Positions 8,488-17,223 of a DNA stretch of 64,000 nt are shown here, piece by piece; the stretch's first letter is position 1, and each line of letters starts with the position of its first letter. The DNA is from Phycisphaerales bacterium. GTDB lineage: Bacteria; Planctomycetota; Phycisphaerae; Sedimentisphaerales; Anaerobacaceae. The stretch is from contig CP070675.1 of assembly GCA_020352215.1 (NCBI GenBank), positions 4,626,137 through 4,690,136 on the forward strand. The letters are read 5' to 3'. Both the position numbers and the translations under genes were made by a program. A model generated the notes under the pieces. That model did no database searches, was not told the DNA's origin, and saw only the letters and a list, made by a program, of their open reading frames with translations.

Positions 8488-9666
8488 TCAATTGGCGGGC
8501 CCGGGTTCCGAGGCCTCGCGCCTGTACACAATGACGATCATCCCCGACTTAGCCTTGTGATGGGTCGGCTTGTTGAGTTCGAGGACGACCTGTTCTTCTT
8601 TCTCGCTTTCTGCAATCGTTGCGACAAGGGCAGGGTGCATGAGCTCTTCGGAGCCGTTCTTCCAATCGCTCTTCACGATCGCGTTAGTGAAATACTCCTC
8701 GATACTGAAGGAATATGCCGCGTCGGCAAAGGGATAAGGATGCTTGAGCTTGGCTTTTTCGCAAGTTCTGTTGCCCTGCTTCGAATAGAACAACCACGGT
8801 TCAGCTCCATGTCCTCCCATGAGAATGTATTTCCCGGGCGCTCCGTCCAGATCACAATCGGCGAACTCCACGCGAAGTGGAAGTTGTTCGGCGGCATGTG
8901 GGGATGTGGGAAACTTGGACCAGATCCATTGTTCGTAAACTCTACCGTTGTCGCTGAAGCGAACTTCAACTGCAGGATTCACCGGCTCGTTCGACTGATT
9001 GACCACCTCTTTCGTCTTCGTATCGATTGAATAGTGCGGCATGTATCTGAGAATGGCCAGCTTGCGATCGGATCCGGGCAGGGTAATTGTCTTGCCGGTT
9101 CCAACAACATATTCGAGCGGTACGACAGCGTCCTTTTCCCAAACCGACACAATGCCGACCGACTTGCTGCGAGTTAGCTCTTGGGCTATCTGCTGCGTTT
9201 GTTTGGGACGACGGAGCCCCAGAATTCTCACGCCGCCAATTCTTGATGATATCGCTCGCCGGGCACGATCCGATGAACTCAGCCATATGTCCTGACTCAG
9301 ATTCTTACCTTGGGCCTTCAGCTTCGCCACAATACCGCCATTCGGATCCGAGGCGGCGGACATTTCCCACTTCAGATCAGGCAGGTATTTCACAAGCTTG
9401 ATTTTGATCGGCGAGCCCGTAAGTGGCAGGACAGCATCAAGACCAGTCACCTTGTTATCATCGGCGACTTTGAGCGGGAAGCGCATCGACGGTCCCTCCA
9501 TGCCATTCTGGACGACTATCTCCCATGGTCCGGCCAACATAGCCCGCCGCATCGCCGGCGAGTAGCCAGAGACTTGGCCGACCAGTATAGACACAACTGC
9601 GATTATGGGAACAGTAGTGCGGGCCCGTCTCGAAAAAGGCTGGCATCGAATCAGGTCTATCACCAT
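8488..9666 (-). CDS. Hypothetical membrane-anchored periplasmic protein (unknown family)
   Basis: 392-aa ORF with one N-terminal hydrophobic segment (TVPIIAVVSILVGQV). There are no haem motifs and no motif I recognise. Its start overlaps the stop of the upstream cytochrome gene by 7 nt (9660-9666), which suggests translational coupling. Confidence 0.7.
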   Translation of the reverse strand: MVIDLIRCQPFSRRARTTVPIIAVVSILVGQVSGYSPAMRRAMLAGPWEIVVQNGMEGPSMRFPLKVADDNKVTGLDAVLPLTGSPIKIKLVKYLPDLKWEMSAASDPNGGIVAKLKAQGKNLSQDIWLSSSDRARRAISSRIGGVRILGLRRPKQTQQIAQELTRSKSVGIVSVWEKDAVVPLEYVVGTGKTITLPGSDRKLAILRYMPHYSIDTKTKEVVNQSNEPVNPAVEVRFSDNGRVYEQWIWSKFPTSPHAAEQLPLRVEFADCDLDGAPGKYILMGGHGAEPWLFYSKQGNRTCEKAKLKHPYPFADAAYSFSIEEYFTNAIVKSDWKNGSEELMHPALVATIAESEKEEQVVLELNKPTHHKAKSGMIVIVYRREASEPGPAN

Positions 9667-11051
9667 CCACGCTCCATTGCTTCGTTCACTATGCCATTTG
9701 CTTCGAGAAGTATCGACTCGGTGTATTTCAAGTTGTGCACCCCCCAGCTGCCGTCGGCCTCGACCGAATCGACAAGGGTTCTTGCACGCGCAAGCTTCGT
9801 TTTCACTTCTCTAACACTATTATCATCGGCTTCGCCGGCGAGCCGGTCCAGTAGGGCGTCCAATTTGTCTTTGACCTGGCCGTGCAGTTTTTTTATTTTT
9901 CCCTGCCAGAAGGGAATGTATTTTTGCCCCGTGCCAGGCTCGTGGCACTTATCGCAGGCGCGAGGCACGGCTTTGGCGACTTTTCCGAGGCTGTCCAACG
10001 CACCCGGTTTTTTCTCCACCTGCTCGATGTGGCATCCGGTACACTCGACATGGGTGAGAAACATGGGGCTCAGAACTCGCCATGTTGCCTGGCCCTGCAT
10101 GGGATGTTGGGTAGCATATATAATTCGCTGAGCTCGATGCGTGTCACTGTGGCAGTTTTGGCAATCCATCATGGCCAGAACCGATAACACGCCTGTCGCG
10201 CCGTGCGATACTTTGCCGTGACACGCAAAGCACTCAACTTTCTCGGACCCGGTGTGGACGGCGTGCAGTTCCACACTTTCGGCCAGGTGCTCCTTTCTAA
10301 AACTGTGGCAATTCAAACACACGCTCTCGGAGACCTCGCTTTTCTGTTCGAGCTCTTTTTTGTGGCACGAGTCTTCACAGCTCGCTTCGTACGAGACGAA
10401 CTCAGCGTGGTTGATGATCACCGATCCACGCTCTATGGTCTTGTCAGGGACCTCGTGACAACTTTGGCAATCTGTCTGGACGAGTCTTTCGCCGTCTTCA
10501 TCACCTTTGAGAAAGTGGCACGTAAAGCAAACATCGGTATTTACGCTGAAGTGTTCATCCCCTTCGAAGTGACTGTGGCAGGTACCACACGATATTTCGA
10601 TCCCATCGACCGTTTTGGCAATGTGATGTTCATGAGTGAACTTGATGCCTTTGTAGTCGATCTGGTCTGATATAAGTTCTTCGGTGTTGTGGCACTCGGA
10701 TCTCAGACACGAGATATCCAGGACGCGGGCATTTGGCTTTGTGCCGACTCGGCCGACGATGCAATCAACTGCCTGTGCCAGACCGTTGATCTTGCCCTTT
10801 ACATGGCCGACAAACCCGGGTTGGAGATGGCAATCGAGACAATTGACCTCACTATGCGACGATGCCTTCCAGCTATCGTAATGGTCATTCATAATGTGAC
10901 AGGAATTGCAGAAGCCCGGCTGCTCCGACACAGCCACAAAGCCCGAGGCAACGACCATCGCGATTGCGGCAAGAAGCAGAATTTTCACTTTCCAGCTTAA
11001 TTGATTCAGTCTTCTCATCAACTGTGATACGGGTCTAAAGTGCTTTGCCAT
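9660..11051 (-). CDS. Inner-membrane-anchored multihaem cytochrome with a NapC/NirT-type N-terminus (candidate quinol dehydrogenase)
   Basis: N-terminal TM helix (ILLLAAIAMVVASGFVAV), then the NapC/NirT-like start PGFCNSCHIM...SSH...CLDCH. Ten CxxCH motifs (CNSCH, CLDCH, CGTCH, CFTCH, CQSCH, CLNCH, CFACH, CQNCH, CTGCH, CDKCH), plus CLRSECH and CEDSCH variants. Confidence 0.85.
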   Translation of the reverse strand: MAKHFRPVSQLMRRLNQLSWKVKILLLAAIAMVVASGFVAVSEQPGFCNSCHIMNDHYDSWKASSHSEVNCLDCHLQPGFVGHVKGKINGLAQAVDCIVGRVGTKPNARVLDISCLRSECHNTEELISDQIDYKGIKFTHEHHIAKTVDGIEISCGTCHSHFEGDEHFSVNTDVCFTCHFLKGDEDGERLVQTDCQSCHEVPDKTIERGSVIINHAEFVSYEASCEDSCHKKELEQKSEVSESVCLNCHSFRKEHLAESVELHAVHTGSEKVECFACHGKVSHGATGVLSVLAMMDCQNCHSDTHRAQRIIYATQHPMQGQATWRVLSPMFLTHVECTGCHIEQVEKKPGALDSLGKVAKAVPRACDKCHEPGTGQKYIPFWQGKIKKLHGQVKDKLDALLDRLAGEADDNSVREVKTKLARARTLVDSVEADGSWGVHNLKYTESILLEANGIVNEAMERGW

Positions 11052-11113
11052 GAGTCTTTCAGTTCAAAGAATTCAGCCTTACGAGATCATGCGGATTACA
11101 TAATTGAGAGTCG

Positions 11114-12445
11114 CTAAGTACTTATCGGCAGCGTGAAGGCGAGCTTCGTTCCCTTGTTCTGGCTACTCTCAACCCATATTCTCCCGCCATGCCTTTCCAC
11201 TATGTGTTTTGCTATCGATAGTCCCAAACCGGTGCCGTCCTTCTCCACTGCTCGGGCGTTGCTGGCCCTGAAGAACTCGTCGAACACATTGCCGAGTTCA
11301 TCCTCGGGTATGCCGATACCTGTGTCGGAGATTTCGACGAGTGCAGAGCCGTTCTCGTTCTTCGTCCTTACGGCGATTGTGCCGTTCTCCGGCGTATATT
11401 TTACGGCATTAAGCAGCAGATTCGTGATCACTTCTTCAACGGAGACCTGGTTGCCATATATCCGGTCCCTCGACAGTTGGATGTCACTTTCAACGGTAAT
11501 CGACTTATCGCGGGCCTTTGCCTTCACTCCAGTCACCGCGCTGCACACTGTATCTCTCAACGAGAAAACGTCCATTTGCGATTCGCCGTTCAGTCTTAGC
11601 TGCGTCAGCTTCAGCAACGTTTTCACGAAGGCGGTAAGCTTTTTGGTTCTGGTGTGAGCAGTCTTGACGAAATCGGCTTGCTGTTCATCGAGCCGGCCGA
11701 TTGTCCCATTAGCTACGACGCCCAGGCAACTCTGTATCGTCGCGAGATGCCCTTTGATATCGTGTGTTACGCGCAGGACGTACTCATCCTTTATCCGGTC
11801 TTTTTCTCTGAGCAACGTGTTGGCTTGGATGTGAGCTTTCTCGGCTCGCTTGAGCCTCACGGAAATATAGCTTGCCATGTACACTACCAAGTACAAAGTA
11901 CTTGCGAACACGAAGAATACTCCGAGAATGTAAAGACCGGCACGGTAAGAGCAATGACCTACGAACCCCTCCAGACAATGGTGCGGCAGAACATGTGTGT
12001 ATTCGAGCACTACCAACAGACCGAAAAGCAGGACAGCAAACGTGGCCTGCAGATAGCTTTCCCGCACCGACAGTAGAATACTCGCCAAGATCATATGAAA
12101 TATGAAGTAGAAGACCAGCGGGTTCTCGATTCCGCCTGAAAAGTGCAGCAGAACCGTCAAGATCAGCAGGTCAGCACACATTTGGAAGTTAATGGCCCTT
12201 TTCACTGCAATGTACGGGACCTCATCGCGGGCTCCTGTGAAGTGCCTCAGTAATAAGTAAACCGCCAAGTTGTACGCCGTCAACAGTATTGCGATGCCGT
12301 AGAGAGCCCGTTCCTGTATCACGATGCCCAACACGTTGCTGCAGAAGAACGTGCCTGCACCTACGGATATCGCAGCTACCCACCTGAGCCGAATCAGCCA
12401 GAAGGCTCGCTGCACTAACCTGGCATTTTCAGGTCCCGGTTCCAT
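11114..12445 (-). CDS. Sensor histidine kinase with a RegB/PrrB-like polytopic membrane domain
   Basis: Membrane domain with WLIRLRW and LHFSGGIENPLVFYFIF (GGxxNP motif). H-box VTHDIKGHL. HATPase N/G boxes (LLLNAVKYT, DTGIGI, GTGLGLSI). The start is set at MEPGPEN (12445), 1 nt after the RR stop; the track start at 12526 would overlap the RR gene. Confidence 0.85.
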   Translation of the reverse strand: MEPGPENARLVQRAFWLIRLRWVAAISVGAGTFFCSNVLGIVIQERALYGIAILLTAYNLAVYLLLRHFTGARDEVPYIAVKRAINFQMCADLLILTVLLHFSGGIENPLVFYFIFHMILASILLSVRESYLQATFAVLLFGLLVVLEYTHVLPHHCLEGFVGHCSYRAGLYILGVFFVFASTLYLVVYMASYISVRLKRAEKAHIQANTLLREKDRIKDEYVLRVTHDIKGHLATIQSCLGVVANGTIGRLDEQQADFVKTAHTRTKKLTAFVKTLLKLTQLRLNGESQMDVFSLRDTVCSAVTGVKAKARDKSITVESDIQLSRDRIYGNQVSVEEVITNLLLNAVKYTPENGTIAVRTKNENGSALVEISDTGIGIPEDELGNVFDEFFRASNARAVEKDGTGLGLSIAKHIVERHGGRIWVESSQNKGTKLAFTLPIST

Positions 12446-12446
12446 A

Positions 12447-12845
12447 CTAAGCCTTACTCGGCAGTAGTTTCTTGACCTCAGCCAACAAGACGTCTGGTTC
12501 CACGGGCTTGTCCAGGAAGCCGTCAACCGGCAGCCACTTTGGATCCCCGGCCGTCGACTTGAACTCTATGCCCGTTTTGTCTTCGATCGACGTGAGCATT
12601 AGGATGGGTATGTCCTTCAGTTGCGGATCACTCTTTATTTCCCTGGACATTTCAAAGCCGTCGTGCCACGTGCCCATCATAACGTCAAGTATGAGCAAGT
12701 CCGGTCTTTCACTTTTTACTCTCTCCATCCCGGTTGCTCTGTCGGCAGCCGTAACTACCGTATACTGGTTACTCTCCAGAGTGGCCCTAATGGCCTTGGT
12801 GAGATCTACATCATCGTCAACAATAAGAATCTTCATATTCTCCAT
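12447..12845 (-). CDS. Stand-alone receiver-domain response regulator (CheY-like, no output domain)
   Basis: MENMKILIVDDD...DLLILDVMM...K is the receiver signature. The start at 12845 is preceded by GAGAGG. The protein is about 132 aa with no DNA-binding domain. Confidence 0.85.
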   Translation of the reverse strand: MENMKILIVDDDVDLTKAIRATLESNQYTVVTAADRATGMERVKSERPDLLILDVMMGTWHDGFEMSREIKSDPQLKDIPILMLTSIEDKTGIEFKSTAGDPKWLPVDGFLDKPVEPDVLLAEVKKLLPSKA

Positions 12846-13183
12846 AATCCACCTCTCAACGGACGTCCTTGTTAATGGTGCCAGTCGGTCGACTGAGCAC
12901 GGGGCTGGCAAATATCCTTACAACCCATCGACTGGAATCTGCAGGGCAACCGGCCTTTTTGGATTGGCCTCCCGAATGTCAACGAACAACGACGCCTTCA
13001 CCACAAAGAGACACACCTCAGAATCATTCGGCTCTCTGTACCGATCGCCATGTATTCACATTGTCCGCTCTCCCTCGTTGGCGAATCGCTGTCATCGTAC
13101 TTGTGAGTTTGATTGGACATGCAATTGCTCAACAGAGGCAAATCCTGATTCTTATGTCAACGGCCGGTCGTCCGGGGCTATCG

Positions 13184-14275
13184 TCAAAACTCGTCATAGA
13201 AGATGTCCTCATTAGAGATACCTTTTTCTTCGAGGACTCTCGTCACTGCCTCAATCATAAGCGGCGGCCCGCAAAGGAAAGCTTGCCGTCTGACGCCGGC
13301 TTCCAGGCACTTGTCAACCGACAAATGTATGAAGCCCGTTTCCCCATTCCACTCCTCATCCTCAGCAAGTTCATCAGACAGAGCGTACACCACATGGAAA
13401 TTGGGACGCTTTTTGGCGAGTTCCTCAAATTCCTTGAGATAGAAGATATCACGCGTGGTTCGACATCCGAAGAACAGCCAGCAGACGCGGTCCGGCCATC
13501 GGTCGTAAAGCGTATAGATAATATTCCTCATCGGCGCCATCCCGGCACCTCCACCGACGCATACTATCTCGACCGCCGGGTCCTCGTTGAGCCAAAACTC
13601 ACCGTAAGGTCCCGTGAAACTGACAGTATCCCCGGGCTTGATGGTGTGCAGATATGTCGAACCGATGCCGCCGGGAACCAATCTGACACAAAGCTGGACA
13701 ATATTCTCCTCATAGGCGGGAGAGCTAATGGAGTAGGCCCGAAAGACCGGCCCGTCCGGGGAGGGGGCCTGAACCTGGACATACTGGCCGGGTCGCTGCG
13801 AAATCTCTGCAGGGTCGTCGAGACGGAACACTATCTCTTTTATGTCGTACGTCAGATCGACGGAGCTCTCCACTGTGGCGGAGTACATCCTCACATTCAG
13901 CAGGTCCGACGGTATCCTGACGTAGATGTCCTCACGAATCTTGACTTGGCAGGCCAAGCGTACGTTCGAACGAATCTCCTTTCGGGTCAGGTAGGGGGTC
14001 TCGGTGGGCAGGACGGGCCCGCCACCGGATGTGATGGTGATCTTGCAGTGTCCACAGGAGCCTTTGCCCCCGCATGCCGACGGTATAAATAACTCATTGG
14101 CGTATAGACTCGCCAGCAGAGTCTGGCCTCCGTCAAGCTCAAGCGGCTTTTCACCCGCGTTGATGTCGAGCTTACAAATGCCGTAGTTGATCAACAGACG
14201 CTCAGCGACCATCAACATCGCTGCCAGCGCAACAGTGAGGCCGGCGAATGAAATTACCGACAACAAGTAGATCAT
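13184..14275 (-). CDS. nqrF: Na+-translocating NADH:quinone oxidoreductase subunit F
   Basis: N-terminal TM, a plant-type 2Fe-2S motif (CGGKGSCGHCK...LACQV) and an FNR-like FAD/NAD domain (RAYSISS, GGGAGMAP). It is the last gene in the A-B-C-D-E-F order. Confidence 0.85.
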   Translation of the reverse strand: MIYLLSVISFAGLTVALAAMLMVAERLLINYGICKLDINAGEKPLELDGGQTLLASLYANELFIPSACGGKGSCGHCKITITSGGGPVLPTETPYLTRKEIRSNVRLACQVKIREDIYVRIPSDLLNVRMYSATVESSVDLTYDIKEIVFRLDDPAEISQRPGQYVQVQAPSPDGPVFRAYSISSPAYEENIVQLCVRLVPGGIGSTYLHTIKPGDTVSFTGPYGEFWLNEDPAVEIVCVGGGAGMAPMRNIIYTLYDRWPDRVCWLFFGCRTTRDIFYLKEFEELAKKRPNFHVVYALSDELAEDEEWNGETGFIHLSVDKCLEAGVRRQAFLCGPPLMIEAVTRVLEEKGISNEDIFYDEF

Positions 14276-14284
14276 CCGTAGCTC

Positions 14285-14875
14285 CTATTGGATTGACACC
14301 ATTCCCGCAAAGCCCATAAACGCCATCGCAAGGACACCGGTAACGACCATTGATATCGCCACACCCTGAAATGGTTGAGGGACATTACTGTACCGCATTT
14401 TTTGTCTCAAGCCGGCTAACATGACAATTGCCACCGCCCAGCCGATTCCTGCGCCCAGGCCGAAGCCGACTGATTGAATGAAACTGTAGTTGCGAATGAT
14501 CATGAAAAGAGATGCCCCGAGGATGGCGCAATTGACCGTTATCAAAGGCAAGAATATGCCAAGCGCGAAATACAGCCTCGGGCTAAACCGCTCGACAAAC
14601 ATCTCAACCAACTGCACGAAGGCCGCAATCACCGCTATGAAGACGATAAACTGCAAATGTACAAGGCCGAAAGGCACCAGGACGAAATGGTAGATTACGT
14701 AGTTCAGCATCGTCGTCATAGTCATAACGAAAATCACCGCGGTGCCCAAGCCGATGGATGTCCTTATTTGCCCCGAGCAGGCGATGAACGAGCACATGCC
14801 TAAGAAGTTCGTCAGCAAGATATTGTTGGTGAATATCGCAGCGATGAATATCACCCATGCCGATGTCTCGGTCAT
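14285..14875 (-). CDS. nqrE: NQR subunit E
   Basis: Polytopic 196-aa NqrE/RnfA-family protein (FTNNILLTNFLGMCSF). It abuts nqrD. Confidence 0.85.
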   Translation of the reverse strand: MTETSAWVIFIAAIFTNNILLTNFLGMCSFIACSGQIRTSIGLGTAVIFVMTMTTMLNYVIYHFVLVPFGLVHLQFIVFIAVIAAFVQLVEMFVERFSPRLYFALGIFLPLITVNCAILGASLFMIIRNYSFIQSVGFGLGAGIGWAVAIVMLAGLRQKMRYSNVPQPFQGVAISMVVTGVLAMAFMGFAGMVSIQ

Positions 14876-15540
14876 TACTTCTTCTCCTCAGGCTCTGGGC
14901 CTTTGAACGCGTTGAAAATCCCTATCACTATCCCGAGTGCGAAGAAGGCCCCGGGGGCCAGGATCATAAGCTGGTTGGGCGTGTACCAGTCGGTGAAAGG
15001 CACCGGGTGGCCCATTACCTCTCCGGTACCGAGCAGCTCTCTGAAGAAGCCGATTATGGCGAGTATTGCGGCATAGCCGAGACCGTTGGCGACGCCGTCA
15101 ACTATGGAAAGTATGGGCGGGTTCTGAAGTGCAAAGGCCTCGGCCCGACCCATGATGATACAGTTTGTGATTATCAGGCCGACATAGGGACCGAGCTGTT
15201 TTGACATGTCCCAGTAGAAGGCCTTAAGGAACTGGTCGAAAAGTATGACAAAAGTGGCGATAATCGCCACTTCGGCGATCATGCGTATGCGATGAGGCGT
15301 GTGCTTGCGCAGCAGTGAGACCAACAGATTTGAGCCCACGCAGACGAAAATAAGGGCCGCACCCATAACAAGTGAATTCTCCAGCCGGTTTGTGACCGCC
15401 AGAGCAGAGCAAATGCCCAGCACCTGGATGGACAAGGGGTTGTTTGCCCACGCGCCTTCTTTGAGTGTCAAAAGCCCCTTGCCGCCGCACAGCCCCTTTG
15501 GCTCACAGGACACGCAGGCCGGTTGTTGATCACTTGCCAT
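14875..15540 (-). CDS. nqrD: NQR subunit D, with a Cys-containing N-terminal extension
   Basis: NqrD/RnfE-family motif NNPLSIQVLGICSALAVT. About 25 extra N-terminal residues include CVSCEPKGLCGG. Confidence 0.85.
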   Translation of the reverse strand: MASDQQPACVSCEPKGLCGGKGLLTLKEGAWANNPLSIQVLGICSALAVTNRLENSLVMGAALIFVCVGSNLLVSLLRKHTPHRIRMIAEVAIIATFVILFDQFLKAFYWDMSKQLGPYVGLIITNCIIMGRAEAFALQNPPILSIVDGVANGLGYAAILAIIGFFRELLGTGEVMGHPVPFTDWYTPNQLMILAPGAFFALGIVIGIFNAFKGPEPEEKK

Positions 15541-15542
15541 CG

Positions 15543-16175
15543 CTAATTCTTCTCCTTGAGAATATCCCCTATGGCCGAGTTGAGCATTGCCTGGACTTTG
15601 TCACAGGTCATCGTTGCTCCGCTTATGGCATCGACTTTGTTAGGTGCGGTTTCCCCGGCGCTGCTGATGACAATGCCGGGATTGCCGTTTTGATCCACTA
15701 TCGATTTACCCACGAACTGTTCGCGAAACGCCGACGAGACGATCTCTCCGCCGAGACCTGGCGTCTCTTCCTGTTCGTAGAATGTTACGCCCCGAATCGT
15801 TTTCATATCCGGCTCCAATGCCAAAAAGCCCTTGATCGGGCCCCACAGTCCGGGGCCCGCAAAGCGCAAGGCAATCGCTCCCTGATCTGCCGACGGAGAA
15901 TAGACGTAAACGGCTACGTCGCCGCGCTGCTCTTCTCGCACGTTGCTCTTGAATACCTCGCCCAACTGCCGGGCGGAAGTGTCGTCCTGCAACGGAACTT
16001 GGAGCACCCTGAGGATATTCAATACCTCTTCTGCTTCGGCGTTAGCTTGCCTGTACGGTGCCGTCACCGCCGCCGCAGCGGTCAGAAGCAGGGCGCAGAC
16101 GGTGCCAAGAACTGCAGCATAGGCCAGGGCGTAGAGATTACCCTTCACTTCTGAGCCTCCTAATGCGGACTGCAA
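15543..16175 (-). CDS. nqrC: NQR subunit C (FMN-binding)
   Basis: Single N-terminal TM and the covalent-FMN SGAT motif (DAISGATMT). The exact start is uncertain because it overlaps the nqrB end by 38 nt. Confidence 0.8.
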   Translation of the reverse strand: MQSALGGSEVKGNLYALAYAAVLGTVCALLLTAAAAVTAPYRQANAEAEEVLNILRVLQVPLQDDTSARQLGEVFKSNVREEQRGDVAVYVYSPSADQGAIALRFAGPGLWGPIKGFLALEPDMKTIRGVTFYEQEETPGLGGEIVSSAFREQFVGKSIVDQNGNPGIVISSAGETAPNKVDAISGATMTCDKVQAMLNSAIGDILKEKN

Positions 16176-17223
16176 TTACCATTTCATCGAGTATCGGGGC
16201 GAAAATATTGCCCAACAGAATCGCGAAAGTCACCCCCTCTACGTATCCTGTGAAACCGCGTATCAGTACCGTTACGCAGCCGATCATTATCCCGTAGCAC
16301 CACTTGCCTGCATTGCTTATGGGGCTTGAGACGGGGTCGGTGGCCATGAAGAACGCGCCAAAAAGCAGACCTCCGGCACATAAGTGCCAGAGCACCGGTC
16401 CGACTTTCTCCGGGTGAGCGTAGTGAAGCACTCCGCCAAGCAGGGCAAACGAGCCGAGGATGCCGACAACCGTCCGCCAATTTGCCACGCGCGTCAGCAG
16501 CAGGAACACTCCGCCAAGGATGATCGCTATTGCGGACGTCTCGCCCGCACTGCCCGAGACACTTCCGAAAAGCTGATGTGAAAGGGAGGCGAATTCTCCT
16601 TGCTTGGCCAGTGCCAGTGGCGTAGCCGAGCTCAGGGCATCGACACTCGACGCGTCAACATATTGGAGTAACCGACCCGCCAAGTCGCGACTCGGCTCAA
16701 GCCAACTGGCAGACATCGTCTTCGGATACGCAAGAGACAGAAAGCAACGCCCCACAAGGGCAGGGTTGAACAGGTTGCGCCCGGTTCCCCCGAACAATTC
16801 TTTGCCCACGAACACCCCAAACGCCACGCCAAGCCCGACCATCCAAAGCGGCAACGCGGGCGGCAAGATCAGTGGAAACAGCATGCCGGTAACCAGGAAT
16901 CCCTCGTTGATATTCTCCTTGCGCACGATGGCAAAAATAACTTCGACGGCGCCGCCGGCCGCATATGAGACAATTATCATCGCCACCATCCGCAGCCCGA
17001 AGAAGTAGAATGACGCAGCGATGCTTGGCAGAAGCGCTATGATCACCATCGACATGAGGCGTTTGACGTCGAGAGGGTCGCGGACGTGCGGGGCCGTCGT
17101 CGTCGTTGTCGAGGGTGCGAAGAAGAAGTTCTCCATGGCCTCATAAAGAGGCTTGAAAGCCTTGAGCTTGCCTTGCTCAAAAGTCGGGCGAACAGCCTCA
17201 AAAACCTTCAGCAGTACTTTCAC
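16138..17223 (-). CDS. nqrB: NQR subunit B
   Basis: Polytopic NqrB/RnfD-family protein with a flavin-attachment-type motif (VDALSSATPL) and FFMATDPVSSP. It overlaps nqrA by 4 nt. Confidence 0.85.
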   Translation of the reverse strand: MKVLLKVFEAVRPTFEQGKLKAFKPLYEAMENFFFAPSTTTTTAPHVRDPLDVKRLMSMVIIALLPSIAASFYFFGLRMVAMIIVSYAAGGAVEVIFAIVRKENINEGFLVTGMLFPLILPPALPLWMVGLGVAFGVFVGKELFGGTGRNLFNPALVGRCFLSLAYPKTMSASWLEPSRDLAGRLLQYVDASSVDALSSATPLALAKQGEFASLSHQLFGSVSGSAGETSAIAIILGGVFLLLTRVANWRTVVGILGSFALLGGVLHYAHPEKVGPVLWHLCAGGLLFGAFFMATDPVSSPISNAGKWCYGIMIGCVTVLIRGFTGYVEGVTFAILLGNIFAPILDEMVIAVRIRRLRSEG

